64,000 nt of DNA from Centroscyllium fabricii (taxonomy: Eukaryota). Positions within the stretch are counted from its first letter, which is position 1, and the number at the start of each line of letters is the position of its first letter. Made by a program: the position numbers and the translations under genes. The stretch is taken from the NCBI GenBank assembly GCA_051313645.2, contig JBNRSN020000013.1:104594001-104658000 (forward strand), in the 5' to 3' direction. The notes under the pieces were generated by a model. The model did not search any database. It saw only the letters and a list, made by a program, of their open reading frames with translations, and was not told where the DNA came from. Positions 1-13,000 of the stretch are shown piece by piece.

Positions 1-1182
1 CATTAGGCATTCAACATTTGGGGTATAACTGGCAGGACATTTCTACAATTCTCTCTCTCAGCTCTCTTATGACTTAGGACTCGTGGAGGCGACCTCTTGA
101 AGCGGTGAGGTCTCTCTCTTAGCTCTGCAGAATCTCAAGGAAAGAGCTCTTGGAGAAGGCTCTTGGATTTCTCTCTCTTGACTCGTGGAGGCGACCTCTT
201 GAAGCGGTGAGGTCTAGCAGTGACTTTGGGTGGGCTGTCTTTCTCGAAGACTCCAGTTCAGCTTTCTGGGTGCAGAGCAAGCAGGGTGAAGGTTCTGGCA
301 GGACAGCAGAGTTGGGTCAGGGCAGTATCGCATCGGAAAACCATTGCTGGTGAGGTAGTTGGTTGTTGGGCCCCATCAGTGAAGCATCTTGTTGAACACG
401 GCGACTAAGCTAGCGTTCGAAGAGTGGGAAGCAAGTAGGCTAGCAGCCCGTTACAGTTCGGCTTGAGAGGGCAGGATCGGCATACCCCAGGGTCCGGTTC
501 AGCCAGGGAGACAGTGCGGTTGGTGCGAGGAGATAGAGCAGCCTCGAGGAACCCGTCCGGGACCAGCCCGAGCAGGAGCGACCGCCGCCCAAAGGGAGAA
601 GACAACAAGTGGACTCCCGAATCTTCCACAGCCACGTGACGACCGACGCTGCAGCCGAGGAAACGAGGAACTTCGTAGCAGACCCCGAGTATTACCGAGT
701 GGTGAGCATGTGCCTCGATCCTACACACCTGGACATAGCTAGGCAATAGAGGGAAGGGTGGTTTATTTGGGGTGTATTTATAGAGTCATTGCCCGATTTA
801 CGTTGTGCCGTGCGTTCCCCATCCTATAAGTTACCTGTGTATGTACATATATATATATCTGTTTGGGAAACAATTGTTGGCGTATCATACTGTGTCGTTC
901 CGATGAGATACAACCTAACTGCTGTAAATATATCCTGTGGTGTAATAAAATCTTCCAACTTTGCAAACTTTTATTCGAGTCTAAATCTGAGTCCAATCGG
1001 CACCCATCTCGTCTCTCTCTCTCTCTTCCTGCACCTAAGTCCAACGTCTAGAACCGTAAGGGTGAGCGATTAGAACCGCTCGCGGGGGAGGAGGTTATTG
1101 CGCGAGGCCTAGCGGACTGCTAGCGCAAGGCAGTAACGGACCCCAAGTCGTACAATAAAATATACGGCGCACGCTCCTTACA
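1..1182 (+). mobile_element. Partial LTR (5' part outside the window) of the same family as the provirus; solo LTR or 3' LTR of an upstream copy
   Basis: Colinear with the provirus LTR from 37713 onward. Ends in ...GCACGCTCCTTACA at 1182 and is followed directly by satellite (GTGTCTAACG) with no PBS. Confidence 0.95.
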
Positions 1183-1559
1183 GTGTCTAACGCCCCGCTC
1201 TCTGTGTCTAACGCCCCTCTCTCTGTGTCTAACGCCCCGCTCTCTGTGTCTAACGCCCCGCTCTCTGTGTCTAGAGCCCCACTCTCTGTGTCTAACGCCC
1301 CTCTCTCTGTTTCTAACGCCCTGCTTTCTGTGTCTAGAGCCCCGCTCTCTGTGTCTAACGCCCCGCTCTTTGTGTCTAACGCCCCGCTCTCTGTGTCTAA
1401 CGCCCCGCTCTTTGTGTCTAACGCCCCGCTCTCTGTGTCTAACGCCCCGCTCTCTGTGTCTAACGCCCCGCTCTCTGTGTCTAACGCCCCGCTCTCTGTG
1501 TCTAACGCCCCGCTCTCTGTGTCTAACGCCCCGCTCTCTGTGTCTAACGCCCCGCTCTC

Positions 1560-4500
1560 TGTGTCTAACGCCCCGCTCTCTGTGTCTAACGCCCCGCTCT
1601 CTGTGTCTAACGCCCCGCTCTCTGTGTCTAACGCCCCGCTCTTTGTGTCTAACGCTCCGCTCTCTGTGTCTAACGCTCCGCTCTCTGTGTCTAACGCCCC
1701 GCTCTCTGTGTCTAACGCCCCGCTCTTTGTGTCTAACGCTCCGCTCTCTGTGTCTAACGCTCCGCTCTCTGTGTCTAACGCCCCGCTCTCTGTGTCTAAC
1801 GCCCCGCTCTCTGTGTCTAACGCTCCGCTCTCTGTCTAACGCTCCGCTCTGTGTGTCTAACGCCCCGCTCTCCGTGTCTAACGCCCCGCTCTCTGTGTCT
1901 AACGCCCCGCTCTCTGTGTCTAACGCCCCGCTCTCTGTGGCTAACGCCCCGCTCTCTGTGTCTAACGCCCCGCTCTCTGTGTCTAACGCCCCGCTCTCTG
2001 TGTCTAACGCCCCTCTCTCTGTGTCTAACGCCCCGCTCTCTGTGTCTAGAGCCCCACTCTCTGTGTCTAACGCCCCACTCTCTGCGTCTAGCGCCCCGCT
2101 CTCTGTGTCTAGCGCCCCGCTCACTGTGTCTAGCGCTCCGCTCTCTGTGTCTAGAGCCCCACTCTCTGTGTCTAACGCCCCTCTCTCTGTGTCTAACGCC
2201 CTGCTTTCTCTGTCTAGAGCCCCGCTCTCTGTGTCTAACGCCCCGCTCTCTGTGTCTAACGCCCCGCTCTCTGTGTCTAACGCCCCGCTCTTTGTGTCTA
2301 ACGCCCCGCTCTCTGTGTCTAACGCTCCGCTCTGTGTCTAACGCTCCGCTCTCTGTGTCTAACGCCCCGCTCTCTGTGTCTAACGCCCCGCTCTCTGTGT
2401 CTAACGCCCCGCTCTCTGTGTCTAACGCCCCGCTCTCTGTGTCTAACGCCCCGCTCTCTGTGTCTAACGCCCCGCTCTTTGTGTCTAACGCTCCGCTCTC
2501 TGTGTCTAACGCTCCGCTCTCTGTGTCTAACGCCCCGCTCTCTGTGTCTAACGCCCCGCTCTTTGTGTCTAACGCCCCGCTCTCTGTGTCTAACGCTCCG
2601 CTCTGTGTCTAACGCTCCGCTCTCTGTGTCTAACGCCCCGCTCTCTGTGTCTAACGCCCCGCTCTCTGTGTCTAACGCCCCGCTCTCTGTGTCTAACGCC
2701 CCGCTCTCTGTGTCTAACGCTCCGCTCTCTGTGTCTAACGCCCCGCTCTCTGTGTCTAACGCCCCGCTCTCTGTGTCTAACGCCCCGCTCTCTGTGTCTA
2801 ACGCCCCGCTCTCTGTGTCTAACGCCCCGCTCTCTGTGTCTAACGCCCCGCTCTCTGTGTCTAACGCCCCGCTCTCTGTGTCTAACGCCCCGCTCTTTTT
2901 GTCTAACACTCCGCTCTCTGTGTCTAACGCTCCGCTCTCTGTGTCTAACGCTCCGCTCTCTGTGTCTAACGCTCCTCTCTGTGTCTAACGCTCCGCTCTC
3001 TGTGTCTAACGCCCCGCTCTCTGTGTCTAACGCCCCGCTCTCTGTGTCTAACGCCCCACTCTCTGTGTCTAACGCCCCTCTCTATGTGTCTAACGCCCTC
3101 CTCTCTGTGTCTAACGCCCCGCTCTCTGTGTCTAACGCCCCGCTCTCTGTGTCTAACGCCCCTCCCTCTGTGTCTAACGCCCTGCTCTCTGTGTCTAACG
3201 CCCCTCTCTCTGTGTCTAACGCCCCGCTCTCTGTGTCTAGCGCCCCGCTCTCTGCGGCTAACGCCCCGCTCTCTGCGTCTAGCGCCCCGCTCTCTGTGTC
3301 TAGCGCCCCGCTCACTGTGTCTAGCGCCCCGCTCTCAGTGTCTAGCGCCCCGCTCTCTGTGTCTAGCGCCCAGCTCTCTGTGTCTAGCGCCCCGCTCTCA
3401 GTGTCTAGCGCCCCGCTCTCTGTGTCTAGCGCCCCGCTCTCTGTGTCTAGCGCTCCACTCTCAGTGTCTAACGCCCTGCTCTCAGTGTCTAACGCTCCGC
3501 TCTCTGTGTCTAACGCCTCACTCTCTGTGTCTAACGCTCCGCTCTCTGTGTCTAGCGCTCCGCTCTCTGTCTCTAACACTCCGCTCTCTGTGTCAACGCC
3601 CTGCTCTCTTTGTCTAACGCTCCGCTCTCTGTGTCTAACGCCCCGCTCTCTGTGTCTAGCACTCCGCTCTCTGTGTCTAACGCTCCGCTCTCTGTGTCTA
3701 ACGCTCCGCTCTCTGTGTCTAATGCTCCGCTCTCTGTGTCTAACGCCCCGCTCTCTCTGTCTAACGCTCCGCTCTCTGTGTCTAACACTCCGCTCTCTGT
3801 GTCTAACACTCCGCTCTCTGTGTCTAACGCTCCGCTCTCTGTGTCTAATGCTCCGCTCTCTGTGTCTAACGCCCCGCTCTCAGTGTCTAACACTCCGCTC
3901 TCTGTGTCTAACGCCCCGCTCTCAGTGTCTAACACTCCGCTCTCTGTGTATAGCGCCCCGCTCTCTGTGTCTAACGCCCCGCTCTCTGTGTCTAACGCCC
4001 CGCTCTCTGTGTCTAACGCCCCGCTCTCTGTGTCTAACGCCCCGCTCTCTGTGTCTCACGCCCCGCTCTCTGTGCCTAACGCCCCGCTCTCTGTGTCTAG
4101 AGCCCCGCTCTCTGTGTCTAACGCTCCGCTCTCTGTGTCTAGCGCCCAGCTCTCAGTGTCTAACGCCCAGCTCTCTGAGTCTAACGCCTGCTCTCTGTGT
4201 CTAACGCCTGCTCTCTTTGTCTAACGCTCCGCTCTCTGTGTCTAACGACCCGCTCTCTGTGTCTAACGCCCCGCTCTCTGTGTCTAACGCCCCGCTCTCT
4301 GTGTCTAACGCCCCGCTCTCTGTGTCTAACGCCCCGCTCTTTGTGTCTAACGCTCCGCTCTCTGTGTCTAACGCTCCGCTCTCTGTGTCTAACGCCCCGC
4401 TCTCTGTGTCTAACGCCCCGCTCTTTGTGTCTAACGCTCCGCTCTCTGTGTCTAACGCTCCGCTCTCTGTGTCTAACGCCCCGCTCTCTGTGTCTAACGC

Positions 4501-7020
4501 CCCGCTCTCTGTGTCTAACGCTCCGCTCTCTGTCTAACGCTCCGCTCTGTGTGTCTAACGCCCCGCTCTCCGTGTCTAACGCCCCGCTCTCTGTGTCTAA
4601 CGCCCCGCTCTCTGTGTCTAACGCCCCGCTCTCTGTGGCTAACGCCCCGCTCTCTGTGTCTAACGCCCCGCTCTCTGTGTCTAACGCCCCGCTCTCTGTG
4701 TCTAACGCCCCTCTCTCTGTGTCTAACGCCCTGCTCTCTGTGTCTAACGCCCCTCTCTCTGTGTCTAACGCCCCGCTCTCTGTGTCTAGAGCCCCACTCT
4801 CTGTGTCTAACGCCCCACTCTCTGCGTCTAGCGCCCCGCTCTCTGTGTCTAGCGCCCCGCTCACTGTGTCTAGCGCTCCGCTCTCTGTGTCTAGAGCCCC
4901 ACTCTCTGTGTCTAACGCCCCTCTCTCTGTGTCTAACGCCCTGCTTTCTCTGTCTAGAGCCCCGCTCTCTGTGTCTAACGCCCCGCTCTCTGTGTCTAAC
5001 GCCCCGCTCTCTGTGTCTAACGCCCCGCTCTTTGTGTCTAACGCCCCGCTCTCTGTGTCTAACGCTCCGCTCTGTGTCTAACGCTCCGCTCTCTGTGTCT
5101 AACGCCCCGCTCTCTGTGTCTAACGCCCCGCTCTCTGTGTCTAACGCCCCGCTCTCTGTGTCTAACGCCCCGCTCTCTGTGTCTAACGCCCCGCTCTCTG
5201 TGTCTAACGCCCCGCTCTTTGTGTCTAACGCTCCGCTCTCTGTGTCTAACGCTCCGCTCTCTGTGTCTAACGCCCCGCTCTCTGTGTCTAACGCCCCGCT
5301 CTTTGTGTCTAACGCCCCGCTCTCTGTGTCTAACGCTCCGCTCTGTGTCTAACGCTCCGCTCTCTGTGTCTAACGCCCCGCTCTCTGTGTCTAACGCCCC
5401 GCTCTCTGTGTCTAACGCCCCGCTCTCTGTGTCTAACGCCCCGCTCTCTGTGTCTAACGCTCCGCTCTCTGTGTCTAACGCCCCGCTCTCTGTGTCTAAC
5501 GCCCCGCTCTCTGTGTCTAACGCCCCGCTCTCTGTGTCTAACGCCCCGCTCTCTGTGTCTAACGCCCCGCTCTCTGTGTCTAACGCCCCGCTCTCTGTGT
5601 CTAACGCCCCGCTCTCTGTGTCTAACGCCCCGCTCTTTTTGTCTAACACTCCGCTCTCTGTGTCTAACGCTCCGCTCTCTGTGTCTAACGCTCCGCTCTC
5701 TGTGTCTAACGCTCCTCTCTGTGTCTAACGCTCCGCTCTCTGTGTCTAACGCCCCGCTCTCTGTGTCTAACGCCCCGCTCTCTGTGTCTAACGCCCCACT
5801 CTCTGTGTCTAACGCCCCTCTCTATGTGTCTAACGCCCTCCTCTCTGTGTCTAACGCCCCGCTCTCTGTGTCTAACGCCCCGCTCTCTGTGTCTAACGCC
5901 CCTCCCTCTGTGTCTAACGCCCTGCTCTCTGTGTCTAACGCCCCTCTCTCTGTGTCTAACGCCCCGCTCTCTGTGTCTAGCGCCCCGCTCTCTGCGGCTA
6001 ACGCCCCGCTCTCTGCGTCTAGCGCCCCGCTCTCTGTGTCTAGCGCCCCGCTCACTGTGTCTAGCGCCCCGCTCTCAGTGTCTAGCGCCCCGCTCTCTGT
6101 GTCTAGCGCCCAGCTCTCTGTGTCTAGCGCCCCGCTCTCAGTGTCTAGCGCCCCGCTCTCTGTGTCTAGCGCCCCGCTCTCTGTGTCTAGCGCTCCACTC
6201 TCAGTGTCTAACGCCCTGCTCTCAGTGTCTAACGCTCCGCTCTCTGTGTCTAACGCCTCACTCTCTGTGTCTAACGCTCCGCTCTCTGTGTCTAGCGCTC
6301 CGCTCTCTGTCTCTAACACTCCGCTCTCTGTGTCAACGCCCTGCTCTCTTTGTCTAACGCTCCGCTCTCTGTGTCTAACGCCCCGCTCTCTGTGTCTAGC
6401 ACTCCGCTCTCTGTGTCTAACGCTCCGCTCTCTGTGTCTAACGCTCCGCTCTCTGTGTCTAATGCTCCGCTCTCTGTGTCTAACGCCCCGCTCTCTCTGT
6501 CTAACGCTCCGCTCTCTGTGTCTAACACTCCGCTCTCTGTGTCTAACACTCCGCTCTCTGTGTCTAACACTCCGCTCTCTGTGTCTAACGCTCCGCTCTC
6601 TGTGTCTAATGCTCCGCTCTCTGTGTCTAACGCCCCGCTCTCAGTGTCTAACACTCCGCTCTCTGTGTCTAACGCCCCGCTCTCAGTGTCTAACACTCCG
6701 CTCTCTGTGTATAGCGCCCCGCTCTCTGTGTCTAACGCCCCGCTCTCTGTGTCTAACGCCCCGCTCTCTGTGTCTAACGCCCCGCTCTCTGTGTCTAACG
6801 CCCCGCTCTCTGTGTCTCACGCCCCGCTCTCTGTGCCTAACGCCCCGCTCTCTGTGTCTAGAGCCCCGCTCTCTGTGTCTAACGCTCCGCTCTCTGTGTC
6901 TAGCGCCCAGCTCTCAGTGTCTAACGCCCAGCTCTCTGAGTCTAACGCCTGCTCTCTGTGTCTAACGCCTGCTCTCTTTGTCTAACGCTCCGCTCTCTGT
7001 GTCTAACGACCCGCTCTCTG
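1560..7020. repeat. Higher-order tandem duplication of about 2.74 kb within the satellite (2 copies; boundaries approximate)
   Basis: Identical variant strings at offset 2740 (ORF track 2319/5059, 2981/5721, 3082/5822). The offset shifts to 2761 after one extra monomer (4197/6958). Confidence 0.85.
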
Positions 7021-10000
7021 TGTCTAGCGCTCCGCTCTCTGTGTCAAACGCCCCGCACTCTAAGTCTAACGCTCCGCTCTCTGTGTCTAACGCCCCGCGC
7101 TCTGTGTCTAACACCCCGCTCTCTGTGTCTAACGCCCCGCTCTCTGTGTCTAACGCCCCGCTCTCTGTGTCTAACGCCCCGCTCTCTGTGTCTAACGCCC
7201 CGCTCTCTGTGTCTAACGCCCCGCTCTCTGTGTCTAACGCCCCGCTCTCTGTGTCTAACGCCCCGCTCTCTGTGTCTAACGCCCCGCTCTCTGTGTCTAA
7301 CGCCCCGTTCTCTGTGTCTAACGCCCCGCTCTCTGTGTCTAACGCCCAGCTCTCTGTGTCTAACGCTCCGCTCTCTGTGTCTAAAGCTCCGCTCTCTGTC
7401 TCTAACGCTCCGCTCTCTGTGTCTAACGCTCCGCTCTCTGTGTCTAACGCTCCGCTCTCTGTGTCTAATGCCCCGCTCTCTGTGTATAGTGCCCTGCTCT
7501 CTGTGTCTAACGCCCCGCTCTCTGTGTCTATCGACCCGCTCTCTGTGTCTAACGACCCGCTCTCTGTGTCTAACGCCCCGCTCTCTGTGTCAAGCGCCCC
7601 GCACTCTGTGTCAAGCGCCCCGCTCTCTGTGTCTAACGCCCCGATCTCTGTGTCTAACGCCCCGCTCTCTGTGTCTAGGGCTCCGCTCTCTGTGTCTAGG
7701 GCTCCGCTCTCTGTGTCTAACGCCCAGCTCTCTGTGTCTAACGCTCCGCTCTCTGTGTCTAGCGCCCCGCTCTCAGTTTCTAACGCCCAGCTCTCTGTAT
7801 CTAACGCCCCGCTCTCAGTGTCTAGCGCACCGCTCTCAGTGTCTAGCGCACCATTCTGTGTCTAGCGCCCCGCTCTCAGTGTCTAGCACCCCGTTCTGTG
7901 TTTAGTGCCTCACTCTCTGCGGGTAGCGCCCCGCTCTCTGCAAGTAGCTCCCCGCTCTCTGTGTCTAGCGCCCTGCTCTCTGTGTCTAGCGCCCCGCTCT
8001 GTGTCTAGCGCCCCGCTCTGTGTCTAGCGCCGCTCACTGTGTCTAGCGCCCCGCTCTCTGTGTCTAGCGCACCGCTCTCTGTGTCTAGCGCCCCGCTCTC
8101 TGTGTCTAGCGCCCCGCTCTCTGTGTCCAGCGCTCCGCTCTCTGTGTCCAGCGCCCCGCTCTCTGTGTCCAACGCCCCGCTCTCTGTGTCTAACGTCCCG
8201 CTCTCTGTGTCTAACGTCCCGCTCTCTGTGTCTAGCGCCCCGCTCTCTGTGTCTAACGCCCCGCTCTCCGTGTCTAACGATCCGCTCCCTGTGTCTAATG
8301 CCCCGCTCTCTGTGTCTAACGCCCCACTCACTGTGTCTAACGCCCCGCTCTCTGTGTCTAACGCTCCGCTCTCTGTGTCTAACGCCCTGCTCTCTGTGTC
8401 TAACGCTCCGCTCTCTGTGTCTAACGCTCCGCTCTCTGTGTCTAGTGCCCAGCTCTCTGTGTCTAACGCTCCGCTCACTGTGTCTAGCGCCCCGGTCTCA
8501 GTGTCTAGCGTCCCGCTCTCTGTGTCTAACTCCCCGCTCACTGTGTCTAACGCCCCGCTCTCTGTGTCTAACGCCCCGCTCTCTGTGTCTAACGCCCCGC
8601 TCTCTGTGTCTAGGGCCCCGCTCTCTGTGTCTAACGCCCCGCTCTCTGTGTCTAACGCCCCGCTCTCTGTGTCTAACGCCCCGCTCTCTGTGTCTAACGC
8701 TCCGCTCTCTGTGTCTAACGCTCCGCTTTCTGTGTCTAACGCCTCGCTCTCTGTGTCTAACGCCCCGCTCACTGTGTCTAACGCACCGCTCTCTGTGTCT
8801 AACGCCCCGCTCTCTGTGTCTAGCGCCCCGCTCTCTGTGTCTAACGCTCCGCTCTGTGTCTAACGCTCCGCTCTCTGTGTCTAACGCTCCGCTCTCTGTG
8901 TCTAACGCCCCGCTCTCTGTGTCCAACGCCCCGCTCTCTGTGTCTAGGGCCCCGCTCTCTGTGTCTAAAGCTCCGCTCTCTGTGTCTAACGCCCCGCTCT
9001 CTGTGTCTAACGCCCCGCTCTCTGAGTCTAACGCCCTGCTCTCTGTGTCTAACGCCCCGCTCTCTGTGTCTAACGCTCTGCGCTCTGTGTCTAACGCTCC
9101 GCTCTCTGTGTCTAACGCCCCGCTCTCTGTGTCTAGAGCCCCGCTCTCTGTGTCTAACGCTCCGCTCTCTGTGTCTAGGGCCCCGCTCTCTGTGTCTAAC
9201 GCTCCGCTCACTGTGTCTAGCGCCCCGCTCTCTGTGTCTAACGCTCCGCTCTCTGTGTCTAACGCCCCGCTCTCTGTGTCTAACGCCCCGCTCTCTGTGT
9301 CTAACGCTTCGCTCTCTGTGTCTAACGCCCCGCTCTCTGTGTCTAGCGCCCCGCTCTCTGTGTCTAACACTCCGCTCTCTGTGTCTAATGCCCCGCTCTC
9401 TGTGTCTAACGCCCCGCTCTGTGTGTCTAACGCCCCGCTCTCTGTGTCTAGGGCCCCGCTCTCTGTGTCTAACGCTCCGCTCCCTGTGTCTAACGCTCCG
9501 CTCTCTGTGTCTAACGCTCCGCTCTCTGTGTCTAACGCCCCGCTCTCTGTGTCTAACGCCCCGCTCTCTGTGTCTAGGGCCCCGCTCTCTGTGTCTAACG
9601 CCCCGCTCTCTGTGTCTAACGCCCCGCTCTCTGTGTCTAGCGCCCCGCTCTCTGTGTCTAACGCTCCGCTCTCTGTGTCTAACGCTCCGCTCTCTGTGTC
9701 TAACGCTCCGCTCTCTGTGTCTAATGCACCGCTCTCTGTGTCTAACGCCCCGCTCTCTGTGTCTAACGCTCCGCTCTCTGTGTCTAACGCTCCGCTCTCT
9801 GTGTCTAACGCCCTGCTCTCTCTGTCTAACGCTCCGCTCTCTGTGTCTAACGCTCTGCTCTCTGTGTCTAGGGCCCCGCTCTCTGTGTCTAACGCTCCGC
9901 TCACTTTGTCTAGCGCTCCGCTCTCAGTGTCTAGAGTCCCGCTCTCTGTGTCTAACGCCCCGCTCACTGTGTCTAACGCCCCGCTCTCTGTGTCTAACGC

Positions 10001-13000
10001 CCCGCTCTCTGTGTCAAGCGCCCCGCTCTCTGTGTCTAACGCTCTGCTCACTGTGTCTAACGCCCCGCTATCTGTGTCTAACGCCCCGCTCTCTGTGTCT
10101 AGGGCCCCGATCTCTGTGTCTAACGCCCCGCTCTCTGTGTCTAACGCCCCGCTCTCTGTGTCTAACGCCCCGCTCTCTCTGTCTAACGCCCCGCTCTCTG
10201 TGTCTAACGCTCCGCTCTCTGTGTCTAACGCTCGGCTCTCTGTGTCTAATGCCTCGCTCTCTCTGTCTAACGCTCCGCTCTCTGTGTCTAACGCCCCGCT
10301 CTCTGTGTCTAACGCCCCGCTCTCTGTGTCTAACGCCCCGCTCTCTGTGTCTAGCGCCCCGCTCTCTGTGTCTAACGCTCCGCTCTGTGTCTAACGCTCC
10401 GCTCTCTGTGTCTAACGCTCCGCTCTCTGTGTCTAACGCCCCGCTCTGTGTTTCTAACGCCCCGCTCTCTGTGTCAAGCGCCCCGCTCTCTGAGTCTAAC
10501 GCCCCGCTCTCTGTGTCTAACGCTCCGCTCTCTGTGTCTAACGCCCCGCTCTCTGTGTCTAACGCCCCGCTCTCTGTGTCTAGGGCCCCGCTCTCTGTGT
10601 CTAACGCCCCGCTCTCTGTGTCTAACGCCCCGCTCTCTGTGTCTAACGCCCCGCTCTCTGTGTCTAGAGCCCCGCTCTCTGTGTCTAACGCCCCGCTCTC
10701 TGTGTCTAACGCTCCGCTCTCTGTGTATAACGCTCCGCTCTCTGTGTCTAACGCCCCGCTCTCTGTGTCTAACGCCCCGCTCTCTGCGTCTAACGCCCCG
10801 CTCTCTGTGTCTAACGCCCGGCTCTCTGTGTCTAGGGCCACGCTCTCTGTGTCTAGGGCCCCGCTCTCTGTGTCTAACGCTCCGCTCTCTGTGTCTAACG
10901 CTCCGCTCTCTGTGTCTAACGCTCCGCTCTCTGTGTCTAACGCCCCGCTCTCTGTGTCTAACGCCCCGCTCTCTGTGTCTAACGCTCCGCTCTCTATGTC
11001 TAACGCCCCGCTCTCTGTGTCTAACGCTCCGCTCTCTGTGTCTAACGCTCCGCTCTCTGTGTCTAACGCCCCGCTCTCTGTGTCTAGTGCCCCGCTCTCT
11101 GTGTCTAACGCTCCACTCTCTGTGTCTAACTCCCCGCTCTCTGTGTCTAACGCTCCGCTCACTGTGTCTAGCGCCCCGCTCTGTGTCTAGCGTCCCGCTC
11201 TCAGTGTCTAGCGCCCCACTCTCTGTGTCTAGCGCCCCGCTCTCTGTGTCTAGCGCCCCGCTCTCAGTGTCTAGCACCCCACTCCCTGTGTCTAGCGCCC
11301 CGCTCTCTGTGTCTAGAGCCCCACTCTGTGTCTAACGCCCTGCTCTCAGTGTCTAATGCTCCGCTCTCTGTGTCTAACGCCCCACTCTCTGTTTCTAACG
11401 CTCGGCTCTCTGTGTCTAACGCCCCGCTCTCCTTGTCTAACGCTCTGCTCTCTGTGTCAAACGCCCCACTCTCTGTGTCTAACGCCCCGCTCTCTGTGTC
11501 TAACGCTCCGCTCTCTCTGTCTAACGCCCCGCTCTCTGTGTCTAACGCCCCGCTCTCTGTGTCTAACGCCCCGCTCTCTGTGTCTAACGCCCCGCTCTCT
11601 GTGTCTAACGCCCCGCTCTCTGTGTCTAACGCCCCGCTCTCTTTGTCTAACGATCCGCTCTCTGTGTCTAACGACCCACTCTCTGTGTCTAACGCTCCGC
11701 TCTCTGTATCTAACGCCCCGCTCTCTGTGTCTAAGGCCCCGCTCTCTGTGTCTAACGCCCCGCTCTCTGTGTCTAACGCCACGCTCTCTGTGTCTAATGA
11801 CCCGCTCTCTGTGTCTAACGCCCCGCTCTCTGTGTCTAACGACCCACTCTCTGTGTCTAAAGCCACGCTCTCTGTGTCTAACGCCCCGCTCTCTGTGTCT
11901 AACGTCCCGCTCTCTGTGTCTAACGCCCCGCTCTCTGTGTCTAACGACCCACTCTCTGTGTCTAACGCTCCGCTCTCTGTATCTAACGCCCCGCTCTCTG
12001 TGTCTAACGCCCCGCTCTCTGTGTCTAACGCCCCGCTCTCTGTGTCTAACGCCCCGCTCTCTGTGTCTAACGCCACGCTCTCTGTGTCTAACGCCCCGCT
12101 CCCTGTGTCTAACGCCCCGCTCTCTGTGTCTAATGCTCCGCTCTCTGTGTCTAACGCCCCGCTCTCTGTGTCTAATGACCCGCTCTCTGTGTCTAACGCC
12201 CCGCTCTCTGTGTCTAACGCCCCGCTCTCTGTGTCTAACGCCCCGCTCTCTGTGCCTAACGCACTGCTCTCTGTGTCTAGCGCCCCGCTCTGTGTCTAGC
12301 GCCCCGCTCTGTGTCCGGCGCCGCACAGTGTCTAGCGTCCCGCTCCCTGCGTCTAGCGCCCCGCTCTCCGTGTCTAGCGCCCCGCTCTCAGTGTTTAGCG
12401 CCCCGCTCTCAGTGTCTAGCGCCCCGCTCTCAGTGTCTAGCGCCCCGCTCTCAGTGTCTAGCGCCCCGCTCTCTGTGTCTAGCGCCCCGCTCTCTGTGTC
12501 TAGCGCCCCGCTCTCTGTGTCTAGCGCCCCGTCTCTGTGTCTAGCGCCCCGCTCTCTGTGTCTAGCGCTCCATTCTCAGTGTCTAACGCCCTGCTCTCAG
12601 TGTCTAACGCTGCGCTCTCTGTGTCTAAAGCCCCGCTCTCTGTGCCTAACGCCCCGCTCTCTTTGCCCAGCGCTCCGCTCTCTGGGTCTAACGCCCCACT
12701 CTCTGTGTCTAGCGCCCCGCTTTCAGTGTCTAACGCCCCGCTCTCTGTGTCTAGCGCTCCGCTCTCTGTGTCTAACACTATGCTCTCTGTGTCTAACGCC
12801 CTGCTCTCTTTGTCTAACGCTCCGCTCTCTGTGTCTAACGCCCTGCTCTCTGTGTCTAACGCCCCGCTCTCTGTGTCTAACGCTCCACTCTCTGTGTCTA
12901 GAGCCCCGCTCTCTGTGTCAAACGCCCCGCTCTCTGTGTCTAACGTTCCACTCTCAGTGTCTAACGCCCCACCCTCTGTGCCTAACGCCCCGCTCTCTGT

